NCBI GenBank assembly: GCA_000989305.1
Contig: LBTB01000002.1
Span: 40,411-104,410, forward strand
Source: Candidatus Shapirobacteria bacterium GW2011_GWF2_37_20
GTDB taxonomy: Bacteria > Patescibacteriota > Microgenomatia > UBA12405
Direction of reading: 5' to 3'
DNA length: 64,000 nucleotides
The notes below the pieces were generated by a model that worked only from the letters and a program-made list of their open reading frames with translations, was not told the DNA's origin and made no database searches. A program made the translations under genes and the position numbers. Numbering within the stretch: the stretch's first letter is position 1; each line of letters opens with the position of its first letter. Shown one piece after another: positions 9,751 to 18,702 of the stretch.

Positions 9751-11706
9751 ATGTTAAAATTATCCATGGATATCCCCTCTACCCTAGTAAAAAACAACCC
9801 CGTTCCGGTTAAAAAGAACCTACAGTTAAAACCAAATAAAAAACTTATTACCATACTATCGGTAATATTTGGAGTACTCATCTTAATAGCCATCTTTCTT
9901 TTTTTCTTTCTCTATCTTCCCGGAAAAGCCATTGTCAAAGAAATCGATACCACCAAAACCATTGCTCTTTCCTTACAACAATCAATCTCTGATAAGGATC
10001 TGGCTCAAAGTAAGATCAATTTATCCGCCATTAAACAACAACTAGCTGTAGTTGAAAGTAAATTCAAAAAACTTTCGTACTTAAAAATTGTTCCTTTCGC
10101 CAATAAATATTACCAAGACGGACAAAGTTTATTAAAGATTGGAAATGATGCTTTAGAAACCGGCGACATAGTTATTCAGGCTATTGAACCCTACCAGGAT
10201 TTCCTTGGTTTAAAAGGTGCCGCCACCAGTAGTGCCAAAACCACCGAAGACAGAATTTCATTTTTAACCGAATCAGTTGAAGGTTTATTGCCCCACTTCG
10301 ATTCCATCGATACCAAAGTAACAGAAATCGAAACTTTAATTAACCAAATTGATATTACCCGCTATCCTGAAAACTTTAGGGGTATAGCTCTCAGAACTGA
10401 TTTTAACCAGGCCAAGGAAGCCATCGGTCAGGCAAAAAAATTTATTAGTGACGGCAAACCAATTCTTGCCCAAACCTCATGGTTATTGGGCAAAGACAAA
10501 GCACGAAATTATTTAATTATATTTCAAAACGACGGCGAGCTTAGACCCAGTGGTGGTTTTTGGACTGCCTACACCACCATTAAAGTTGATAAAGGAAAAA
10601 TTATTCCCGGATCATCCAACAATATTTACGATTTAGATGACAAAATTTCCAGTACTACTCCCGCCCCACGACTCATCAAGTCCTACCATATTAACGTTCC
10701 CTATTTAAATCTCCGGGATAGCAATCTTTCTCCGGATTTTCCGACAGATGCTCAAATTTTTCTTGACGGTTACTACAAAGCCATGGGCAAAAGAACTCTC
10801 TTTGACGCCGTTATCGCCCTCGACACTAACGTTTTAGTTGATATCGTCAAGGTATTAGGAAAACTCGATACCACCGTGGGCACTTTTACCACCGACCCCG
10901 ATCCTCGCTGTAATGGTTGTCCAAAAATTATCTACGACCTTGAATGGATTGCTGGCCGACCCAGAAATTATATTGAATTAGACCGTAAAGGCTTTCTTGG
11001 GCCTCTGATGCACGCTCTTTTAGCCAACGCTATGGGTTCTGAAAAAACCAAAATGGCTCCTTTGGCTCAAGCCTTTTTCAACAATATTAACCAAAAGCAT
11101 ATTATGTTCTATTTTTCTGATCCGGAAGTTCAAAAAGCTGCTCAATCAGCAAACATCGCCGGACATATTGTTCAAACAGACAGCAACACTGATTATTTCC
11201 ATCTCAACGACGCTAATTTTGCCAGCGCTAAAAGTAATATCTTTATTACTCAAAAGATTAAACACGAAATTACCACTAAAGACGGTAATGTCGAACATAA
11301 GGTTTCTATCACTTACACCAACCCTGCTAAAGCCTCAAACTGTAACCTGGAAAAAGGTGATTTATGTTTAAACGCACCCACTTACAGAGATCTGTTTAGG
11401 TTCTACGTTCCTGTTGGTAGCCAACTAATTAAAATGACCGGTTCCGAGGTCGAACCAGTAGTTTATGAAGAACTAGGCAAACAGGTCTTTGAGGGTTTCT
11501 ACGGCAACAAATACCCCCTCTATGCCATGTCCAACACCAAAATCAGTATTCAATATCTCTCACCGGTAAAAGCCAGTAAAAATTACGTTCTCTATCTCCA
11601 AAAACAACCTGGTACCAAAGCAGTTGAATATGAAGTCGAGGTCAACGGAAGGGAAGTGGAAACATTTTCCTGGATTGCTGACAAGAGCCTCCGGCTCTCT
11701 CTCTGA
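9751..11706 (+). CDS. large membrane-anchored extracytoplasmic protein of unknown function (possibly DUF4012-like)
   Basis: 651 aa with one N-terminal TM (ILSVIFGVLILIAIFLFFFLYL) and a long hydrophilic domain. Lies directly after the glycan cluster. The family call rests on architecture and context only. Confidence 0.35.
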   Translation: MLKLSMDIPSTLVKNNPVPVKKNLQLKPNKKLITILSVIFGVLILIAIFLFFFLYLPGKAIVKEIDTTKTIALSLQQSISDKDLAQSKINLSAIKQQLAVVESKFKKLSYLKIVPFANKYYQDGQSLLKIGNDALETGDIVIQAIEPYQDFLGLKGAATSSAKTTEDRISFLTESVEGLLPHFDSIDTKVTEIETLINQIDITRYPENFRGIALRTDFNQAKEAIGQAKKFISDGKPILAQTSWLLGKDKARNYLIIFQNDGELRPSGGFWTAYTTIKVDKGKIIPGSSNNIYDLDDKISSTTPAPRLIKSYHINVPYLNLRDSNLSPDFPTDAQIFLDGYYKAMGKRTLFDAVIALDTNVLVDIVKVLGKLDTTVGTFTTDPDPRCNGCPKIIYDLEWIAGRPRNYIELDRKGFLGPLMHALLANAMGSEKTKMAPLAQAFFNNINQKHIMFYFSDPEVQKAAQSANIAGHIVQTDSNTDYFHLNDANFASAKSNIFITQKIKHEITTKDGNVEHKVSITYTNPAKASNCNLEKGDLCLNAPTYRDLFRFYVPVGSQLIKMTGSEVEPVVYEELGKQVFEGFYGNKYPLYAMSNTKISIQYLSPVKASKNYVLYLQKQPGTKAVEYEVEVNGREVETFSWIADKSLRLSL

Positions 11707-12266
11707 TGCCAAAATTTATTACTACCACCGGCGTAGTTATCAACAAACAAAAACGGAAAGAAGGGGATTTGCTGACAACCATTTTTACCCCCAATTTGGG
11801 GAAAATAAATTGTATTGCCAAGGGAGCTCAATCTTTAAAGAGTCGACGTCTGGGTCACCTGGAAATTGGTACTTTAATCAAAGCCAGTTTATATGAAAAA
11901 AATTCATATTATTGGTTATCAGAAACAGAATCAATCTCCTCCTTTCTTCATACCTCATCTTCCTTAAGTCAAATTGCCTTGCTTTTTTATTTTTTAGAAA
12001 TAGTAAACACCCTTCTCCCTCTCGGACAAAAGGAACCCCAACTTTATCAAATAATTGTCAAAGCAATTGAAGCCATTAGTCTAAATCAGTTTTCACTATT
12101 TATTAAACAGGAAATTAGCTTTTTAGAAAAACTAGGCTATGGTATTCCCAAAGAAATCATTATTAGCTTTGAAAACAAAGACTATAAAAACACCCAACCA
12201 CTTATAAAAAGATTCTGTGAATCCATTATCGAAAAACAGCTCAAAAGCAGTACACTATTTCATTAA
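11706..12266 (+). CDS. recO: DNA repair protein RecO (short form)
   Basis: N-terminal OB-fold pattern GVVINKQKRKEGDLLTTIFTPNLGKINCIAKGAQSLKSRRLGHLEIGTLI resembles RecO. Confidence 0.55.
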   Translation: MPKFITTTGVVINKQKRKEGDLLTTIFTPNLGKINCIAKGAQSLKSRRLGHLEIGTLIKASLYEKNSYYWLSETESISSFLHTSSSLSQIALLFYFLEIVNTLLPLGQKEPQLYQIIVKAIEAISLNQFSLFIKQEISFLEKLGYGIPKEIIISFENKDYKNTQPLIKRFCESIIEKQLKSSTLFH

Positions 12267-12283
12267 TCAGCTATAATACTTAC

Positions 12284-13600
12284 ATGAGTAATGACCAAAA
12301 TGATCAAGTTGCCAAAATCGTTTCTCTTTGTAAACGTCGGGGAATAATTTTTCAAAACAGTGAAATTTATGGCGGGATTCAAGGTTTCTATGACTACGGA
12401 CCTATCGGTTCATTAATAAAAAACAATTGGAAATCACTTTGGCTGAAAAACAACGTTCAGCAACGACCTGACATGGTTTTAATTGACGGTTCCATTATTA
12501 CCCACCCCAAAGTTTGGGAAGCCTCTGGTCACGTTAAAAACTTCGCCGACACCATGGTTGAATGCAAATCCTGCCACAAACGTTTCCGTCCCGACCTTTT
12601 AAAAGATTCTTCTAAATGTCCCGAATGTGGTGGAAAGTTTACAAAAGGTCGTAAATACAACATTCTTTTTGAAACTGACATTGGTGTTATCGAGGGTGAA
12701 AAGACGCACACCTACCTTCGAGGTGAAGCTTGTCAAACAATTTATCTTGACTTCCAAAACATTGTCAATTCAAGCCGAGTCAAAATTCCTTTTGGTGTCG
12801 CTCAAATTGGTAAAGCCTTTAGAAATGAAATCACCCCCAAAAACTTTCTTTACCGCACCCGTGAATTCGAACAATGGGACATTCAATTCTTTACTAAAGA
12901 AGCAGAAATGGATAAATGGTATGAATATTGGAAGACTGAAAGAATGGCTTGGTACCAATCACTTTTTAATCAAAAAGATTCACTCCAATTCCGCCAACAC
13001 AAAAAGGACGAATTGGCTTTTTATGCCAAAAAAGCTTTCGATATTGAATATCAAACACCCTGGGGTTGGGCAGAAATGGAAGGCATCCACTGGCGAGGGG
13101 ATTATGATCTTAAGCAACACTCTGAATTTAGTCACGAAGACCTTTCCTACAACGATCCTTTAACCCATGAAAAATATTTACCCCATATTGTTGAATGTTC
13201 TGGTGGTGTCGACCGCTCATTATTCTTCTTATTGCTCGACGCTTATCAGGAACAAAAACTGGATAATGGTGAAACCAGAACCTACTTAAAAATTAACCCC
13301 AAAGTCTCAGCTTATAAATTAGCAATTTTCCCACTAGCTTCCAATAAACCAGAACTTGTTACCGCCGCCAATAAACTCTTTACCCACCTGTCTTCGAAAT
13401 ATTCTGTTGATTTTGACGATAGTAGTAATATTGGTAAAAAATATCGTCGTCAGGACGAAATTGGAACCCCTTGGTGTGCTGTTGTGGATTACCAAACTCT
13501 GGAAGATAATACCGTCACCATCCGTGACCGCGACACCATGTCTCAGGTTAGAGTTAAAATTGATGAAATTGACACTTGGTTACAAAAAAAGTTAAACTAA
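12284..13600 (+). CDS. glyQS: glycine--tRNA ligase (dimeric class II GlyRS)
   Basis: IFQNSEIYGGIQGFYDYGPIGSLIKNNWKSLW is the GlyRS N-terminal signature. A zinc-ribbon CKSCHKRF...CPECGG insert and class II motifs are present. Confidence 0.85.
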   Translation: MSNDQNDQVAKIVSLCKRRGIIFQNSEIYGGIQGFYDYGPIGSLIKNNWKSLWLKNNVQQRPDMVLIDGSIITHPKVWEASGHVKNFADTMVECKSCHKRFRPDLLKDSSKCPECGGKFTKGRKYNILFETDIGVIEGEKTHTYLRGEACQTIYLDFQNIVNSSRVKIPFGVAQIGKAFRNEITPKNFLYRTREFEQWDIQFFTKEAEMDKWYEYWKTERMAWYQSLFNQKDSLQFRQHKKDELAFYAKKAFDIEYQTPWGWAEMEGIHWRGDYDLKQHSEFSHEDLSYNDPLTHEKYLPHIVECSGGVDRSLFFLLLDAYQEQKLDNGETRTYLKINPKVSAYKLAIFPLASNKPELVTAANKLFTHLSSKYSVDFDDSSNIGKKYRRQDEIGTPWCAVVDYQTLEDNTVTIRDRDTMSQVRVKIDEIDTWLQKKLN

Positions 13601-13603
13601 AAT

Positions 13604-14212
13604 ATGAAAAAATATATCGGCCTCATTCTCATTTCCGCCTTATTCCTGTCAGCTTGTGGTAAAAAAACTACCACCAATATTGCTCCGTCTCCCACACCCA
13701 AACTAGTTGAACTCGCCCCCGAAGACCGACCTACCATCTCCCTGACCCCCAGAAGCGATGGTCACGAGCTAAGTCTAAAACTAGCCTCAATTTCAAACAA
13801 AATTTCTAAAATTGAGTATGAACTAACTTATTTGGCCGTCGACGGTAACCTTGAAATTGAAAAAGGTGCCAGTGGAATTATTGAATCAAAGGATTTTTCT
13901 TCCCAAAAAGCCGAAAGAAAAATACTCTTAGGTACCGAAAGTTGTACTAGCGGCTGTAAATACAAATACGACACCGGGATTACGGGTGGAAGCATAAATC
14001 TAATTTTTACCACCACAAATGGTCAAATCTCAACCTTTGACAGTCCCTTCATCCTCAAAACAGTCGCCGAGGTTAAAAAAGCGGGTAAACTTGTCTGGAC
14101 CGAAGAAGATTTTACTTACACTCCGACCAAATATACCGGCATCAGTTACTTCATCGCCCACAAAGACTTTAAGAATGGTGGCTACATGGTCACCAATAGT
14201 GGCGCTTTTTAA
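13604..14212 (+). CDS. lipoprotein of unknown function
   Basis: Signal peptide plus lipobox MKKYIGLILISALFLSAC-GKK. Confidence 0.5.
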   Translation: MKKYIGLILISALFLSACGKKTTTNIAPSPTPKLVELAPEDRPTISLTPRSDGHELSLKLASISNKISKIEYELTYLAVDGNLEIEKGASGIIESKDFSSQKAERKILLGTESCTSGCKYKYDTGITGGSINLIFTTTNGQISTFDSPFILKTVAEVKKAGKLVWTEEDFTYTPTKYTGISYFIAHKDFKNGGYMVTNSGAF

Positions 14213-15078
14213 TGAATTACCACCAACCTGTCCTCCTAAACGAAGTTGTCAACCTTCTTGATCCACAAGTCGGACAAACATTTCTTGATGCCACCTTGGG
14301 TCACGGGGGTCACAGTATTGAATTATTAAAAAAAGGCGCTACTGTTTATGCCCTGGACACTGATTCTGAAAATCAAAAAATTGCCACAGACAGAATCGAG
14401 ACACTGAAATTATCAAAAAATTTTCACCCCCTAACAGGCAACTTTTCCAACACGCTTTCCCTCTGGAAAAAACACATCAAAAAACCTCTTGACGGTATTT
14501 TGCTTGACCTTGGCCTAAGTGTTAACCAACAGTCAGGGCAGGGGAGAGGATTTTCCTTTCACGATACTCTTTCTCTTGATATGCGGCTAAATCCTAAAAC
14601 CCAAAAACTAACTGCCGAAGAAATAATCAACACCTGGGACAAAGAACAACTTTACGAACTCTTTACCAAACTCGCCCAGGAAAAGTTGGCCAAACCCTTA
14701 ATTTTTGAAATTATTAGGGCCCGACAAATTCATCCGATAAAAAGCGGTAAAGAGCTTGGCAATATTATCGAAAATTATTATCAAAAAAAACACTATTCAA
14801 CCCGCCACAATCCTGCCACCAAAATATTCTTAGCTCTCCGCATTGCCGTCAATCACGAATTTGATAACTTAAAAAAAATCCTAGAATTAAGTTTAAAAAT
14901 CACTAAAACTGGTGGCGGGATCGCCGTCATTTCTTTTCATTCCGGAGAAGACCGCATCGTCAAACAATTTATAATAAAAAATAATCTTAGTTCACAAAAA
15001 ATTCTCCCAACCCATACTGAAGTTAAAAAAAACCCTCTTTCTCGCTCGGCTATTCTTAGATTTTACAAAAATAATTAA
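14212..15078 (+). CDS. rsmH: 16S rRNA (cytosine1402-N4)-methyltransferase RsmH/MraW
   Basis: HQPVLLNEVVNLL...FLDATLGHGGHS is the RsmH signature. It is the first gene of the dcw cluster; no mraZ precedes it. Confidence 0.85.
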   Translation: MNYHQPVLLNEVVNLLDPQVGQTFLDATLGHGGHSIELLKKGATVYALDTDSENQKIATDRIETLKLSKNFHPLTGNFSNTLSLWKKHIKKPLDGILLDLGLSVNQQSGQGRGFSFHDTLSLDMRLNPKTQKLTAEEIINTWDKEQLYELFTKLAQEKLAKPLIFEIIRARQIHPIKSGKELGNIIENYYQKKHYSTRHNPATKIFLALRIAVNHEFDNLKKILELSLKITKTGGGIAVISFHSGEDRIVKQFIIKNNLSSQKILPTHTEVKKNPLSRSAILRFYKNN

Positions 15079-15284
15079 TGTCAAACCGGATATTATTAGC
15101 AATTGCCCTGGGACTTCTTTTTTTTCAGTTATCATTTTCCGTTTATTATTCCGGAAAAATCGTTGAATACAATCAAAAATATTCTCAACTTGAAAAAATC
15201 TATGCCGAATTAAAAAATGAAAATCAAAACTTAGAAATAGAATTTGCCAATAAATTCGCCATCAATGGAAACAAATCGCCCTAA
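15078..15284 (+). CDS. cell division protein FtsL-like (small bitopic membrane protein)
   Basis: 68 aa with one TM (ILLAIALGLLFFQLSF) and a coiled-coil tail (LEKIYAELKNENQNLEIEF). Conserved position between rsmH and ftsI. Confidence 0.45.
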   Translation: MSNRILLAIALGLLFFQLSFSVYYSGKIVEYNQKYSQLEKIYAELKNENQNLEIEFANKFAINGNKSP

Positions 15285-16836
15285 AATTATTCTGGTAACC
15301 ATCTATCTTTGCTTCATTTTTATTCTAGCCAAATTATTTTATTGGCAAATCATTAAGGGTCAGGAGTTACGCGACAGGGCAGTTTCTCAAATCTATAAAC
15401 TTGAAAAAATCCTTCCCCAACAAGGTCGTATTTTAAGCTCTGACGGCTATCCTCTTAGCCTTGATTATTCCTATTACGGTCTAGCCCTTTATAAACCAAA
15501 TTTTAAAAAAGAATTAACTGAAATAATTTCTGAGATAAACACCATTAAACCTCAATTTGCTACTGAAAATGCCAAAGCTTTGGACAAATTCAACAATCCT
15601 GCTCAAAAATGGATGGAATTTACCACCCAGTTTAATCGTGATGAAATGCTTAAATTGTCAAAAATTGCCGGCACCGATTTCACCTTAAAACAAAAACGAT
15701 ATTATCCAGAAAATGATTTAGCCTATCACCTAGTTTCTAATTTAGAAAAATATTATCGCCGCCAAATTTTTGGACAAATTGGTTTCACCCGTACTATTAT
15801 TGACGGCACTGGAGGCAATTTACTTACCCGAAAAAACTGGCAAAAAAGTGAAATCGACGGTCAGGATATTCACAGTTCTCTAAATCGACAAATCCAGCTA
15901 TTATCTGAAAATTCTCTCAAATATGGAGTCGAAAAATATCAAGCTGATTCTGCTTCTTTAATTATCATTAGACCGGAAAATGGAGAAATTATTGCCATGG
16001 CCAGTTTTGAAGCCAGCCCCTCAGCCCAATCCACAAAAATACCAAACATCGCCAACCTCTTTGAGCCAGGGTCAATCTTTAAACCGCTAATAGTGTCTGC
16101 CGCCCTCGACTCCAACAGTATCAATCAAAATTATATTTGCCCAAAATGTAATCAACCTAGAGTAATTGGTCAATACACTATTAATAACTGGAACGACGAA
16201 TTTCATCCGGATTCTACCCTTAAAGATATCATCAAAAACTCAGACAATATTGGTATGAGCTATATTATTTACGAACTGGGTCTTGATAAATTCTTAGACT
16301 ATTTTCATCGACTTAAACTTGATCAAAAAACCGGCGTTGAACTGACCGGAGAATCAATTTCGCCTCCCAAAAGCTATTGGTCAGACATCGATCTGGCCAC
16401 CGCTTCTTTTGGACAGGGTTTAGCTGTAAACCAACTTCAAATGATTCAAGCCTTCAACGCTATTGCCAATAATGGCCAATTGGTTAAGGTTCATTTCAAT
16501 CAACAAAACCAAATTGAATCAAGTCAGGTCTTTAGTCCCCAAAGCATTGCCATAATAAAAGACATTCTCCGGTACGCCGTCGACAATAGCCCTGTCGCCG
16601 CCTTAAAACCAAAAGAAATGGAAGTTTGTGCCAAAAGTGGCACAGCTCAGGTTGCCATTAAAGGCGAATACACCAACTCCGACACTATTGGCTCATATAT
16701 AGGCTTTTACCCCTGTATTAATCCCAAATTTACCATGATTGTCACTGTCAACAATCCCCGCTTGTCACAATGGGGTTCGTCCACCGCCGCCCCAATCTGG
16801 TTTGAATTAGCTCAAAATTTGGAGCCCTTGCTATAA
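15265..16836 (+). CDS. ftsI: penicillin-binding protein 2 / FtsI (peptidoglycan D,D-transpeptidase)
   Basis: N-terminal TM, the SxxK motif (GSIFKP), SxN (NSDN) and KTG (KSGTA). ATG at 15265 overlaps the ftsL 3' end. Confidence 0.8.
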   Translation: METNRPKIILVTIYLCFIFILAKLFYWQIIKGQELRDRAVSQIYKLEKILPQQGRILSSDGYPLSLDYSYYGLALYKPNFKKELTEIISEINTIKPQFATENAKALDKFNNPAQKWMEFTTQFNRDEMLKLSKIAGTDFTLKQKRYYPENDLAYHLVSNLEKYYRRQIFGQIGFTRTIIDGTGGNLLTRKNWQKSEIDGQDIHSSLNRQIQLLSENSLKYGVEKYQADSASLIIIRPENGEIIAMASFEASPSAQSTKIPNIANLFEPGSIFKPLIVSAALDSNSINQNYICPKCNQPRVIGQYTINNWNDEFHPDSTLKDIIKNSDNIGMSYIIYELGLDKFLDYFHRLKLDQKTGVELTGESISPPKSYWSDIDLATASFGQGLAVNQLQMIQAFNAIANNGQLVKVHFNQQNQIESSQVFSPQSIAIIKDILRYAVDNSPVAALKPKEMEVCAKSGTAQVAIKGEYTNSDTIGSYIGFYPCINPKFTMIVTVNNPRLSQWGSSTAAPIWFELAQNLEPLL

Positions 16837-16851
16837 TTAAACATTCTATCT

Positions 16852-18105
16852 ATGATTCGCAAATTAAAAAATCTTTTATGGCACCTCCCACGAGGAATTT
16901 TTTGGAATCTATACTTTTCTTTCCCTAGTCGAAAATTAACCCTTATTGGCGTTACTGGTACGGACGGAAAAACAACCTGTTGTACTCTAATTCAAAAGCT
17001 TCTGGAAAATAGCGGTATCAAATGTGGCATTATCAGTACCATTAGTTCTCCCGGCCTACACACCACCAGTCCTGATCCAAAAATTCTTCAAAAAATATTT
17101 GACGATTACCAAAAACAAGGCTATACCCATGTCGTTTGCGAAGTTACCTCACACGCCCTGGACCAACATCGCTTCTGGGGTTGTCATTTTAAAAGTAGTT
17201 TAATTACCAATATTTCCCATGAGCATCTTGATTATCACAAAAATATAGACGCCTACATTGCCGCAAAGGCAAAATTATTTTCTCAATCCGATCTGGCCAT
17301 TCTCAATCGCGACGATCCTCATTATTTGGCCTTAAAAAAGCTGGTTAAAGTTCCCGTGACTACCTACGGCATTAAAAATAAATCTGATTTTACGGCCAAA
17401 AACATAAAAATTACTTCAGACTCTCTAAGTTTTAATATCAACCAACAAAAATTTGTCAGCGACAGTAACTATGAATATCAAATTTACAACATTCTTGCCT
17501 GTTACTCCATCTTTATTAAACTTAAACTCGACCCAAAAATATTTTCCGACACCATTACCAATTTCCCCGAAACTAAAGGACGACGCGAAATTATTGAAAA
17601 CAATCTTCACCTAAAAACCATCGTTGACTTTGCCCACACTCCAAACGCACTTTTTGTTACTCTCTCATCACTACGTCGGACCACTCAAGGAAAACTAATA
17701 GTTATCTTTGGTGCCACCGGTGGCCGGGATAAAACAAAAAGACCAATAATGGGAAAAAATGTCTCCCAATTGGCTGATGTTGCCATAATTACCGCCGACG
17801 ATACTAGAAATGAAAAAATCGAAGATATTAATCAGCAAATAATTTCCGGAATAGATCCTGGCAAATCTATTTTAGGCAACCCTTTAAATCCAGTTATTAC
17901 CAAAGCCCGCCGCTTTCATTATTTCAATGTTCCCAATCGACAAGATGCCTTTAACTTGGCCGTCAAAATCGCCAAAGCCGGTGATACCATCGTTGCTTGC
18001 GGAAAAGGTCACGAGACCTCTATTCTACACGAGAGCACTGAATATCCCTGGTCAGAAGCCGAAGCCTTTAGAACTGCTTTTCGCCTAAAAAACCAAAATG
18101 TATAA
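16852..18105 (+). CDS. murE: UDP-N-acetylmuramoyl-tripeptide synthetase MurE (lacks N-terminal domain)
   Basis: P-loop LIGVTGTDGKTT (MurE-type GxTGTxGKTT). 417 aa with the central and C-terminal domains only. dcw position after ftsI. Confidence 0.7.
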   Translation: MIRKLKNLLWHLPRGIFWNLYFSFPSRKLTLIGVTGTDGKTTCCTLIQKLLENSGIKCGIISTISSPGLHTTSPDPKILQKIFDDYQKQGYTHVVCEVTSHALDQHRFWGCHFKSSLITNISHEHLDYHKNIDAYIAAKAKLFSQSDLAILNRDDPHYLALKKLVKVPVTTYGIKNKSDFTAKNIKITSDSLSFNINQQKFVSDSNYEYQIYNILACYSIFIKLKLDPKIFSDTITNFPETKGRREIIENNLHLKTIVDFAHTPNALFVTLSSLRRTTQGKLIVIFGATGGRDKTKRPIMGKNVSQLADVAIITADDTRNEKIEDINQQIISGIDPGKSILGNPLNPVITKARRFHYFNVPNRQDAFNLAVKIAKAGDTIVACGKGHETSILHESTEYPWSEAEAFRTAFRLKNQNV

Positions 18106-18697
18106 TCTAAAAAATAATTTGTCAATTGAAGAAAACTATTTGCAGGGTTATCTTCCCCAAAGAAATTCCCAAGACTCCTTTTATCAAGACGAAAACCATT
18201 CTTCTCGTTGTGATCTAAGCTTATTCCAATTATCTTCAGAGAACAGACGTATCATTAAAAAGACTGAAAATTTCACTTTTACCAAACTTCTTCTTTCAGA
18301 ATTTAACTACACCCCTCTTATTCAAAAACAAATTGTAGACTGGGTCAAAGAATTAGGATGGGATTTTCCAACCTCATCAATAAAAACCGTATTTACCAAT
18401 CATATTTTTAACTATCTATATATATGGTATGACCAAAACAAAGAAATTTGTGCCTACTCAATTTGTTATATTAATGAAAATTTTTCCCACATAGCCTATG
18501 TTTTTTATAATCCCAAATATACCCACAACGATTTGCCCATCCGACTTTCCCTGCAAGTAGTTACCGATAGTAACGACATGAAACTTAAATACTGTTATTT
18601 AGGCCGCTTTAACCCCAGTAATAAGCTTGGTTTTTATAAAAGAAACTTTCCGGGCTTCCAATATTTTACTCAGGGGACTTGGTTATCATATAATTAA
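18098..18697 (+). CDS. aminoacyl-tRNA--protein transferase-like protein (Ate/Bpt family C-terminal domain, GNAT/Fem-like fold)
   Basis: C-terminal YCYLGRFNPSNKLGFYKRNFPGFQYFTQGTW matches the Bpt/Ate1 signature YLGYWI..S.KM.YK..F.P.E.L..G.W. It lacks the N-terminal Cys-rich ATE_N motif. Confidence 0.45.
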   Translation: MYNLKNNLSIEENYLQGYLPQRNSQDSFYQDENHSSRCDLSLFQLSSENRRIIKKTENFTFTKLLLSEFNYTPLIQKQIVDWVKELGWDFPTSSIKTVFTNHIFNYLYIWYDQNKEICAYSICYINENFSHIAYVFYNPKYTHNDLPIRLSLQVVTDSNDMKLKYCYLGRFNPSNKLGFYKRNFPGFQYFTQGTWLSYN

Positions 18698-18702
18698 CAA
18701 AT

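Noticed and set aside
11704-11706. Possible alternative genetic code (UGA=Gly, as in some CPR lineages)
   Set aside because: TGA terminates well-supported genes (e.g. 9751-11706, 2269-3663), and long ORFs are intact under the standard code. Code 11 applies.
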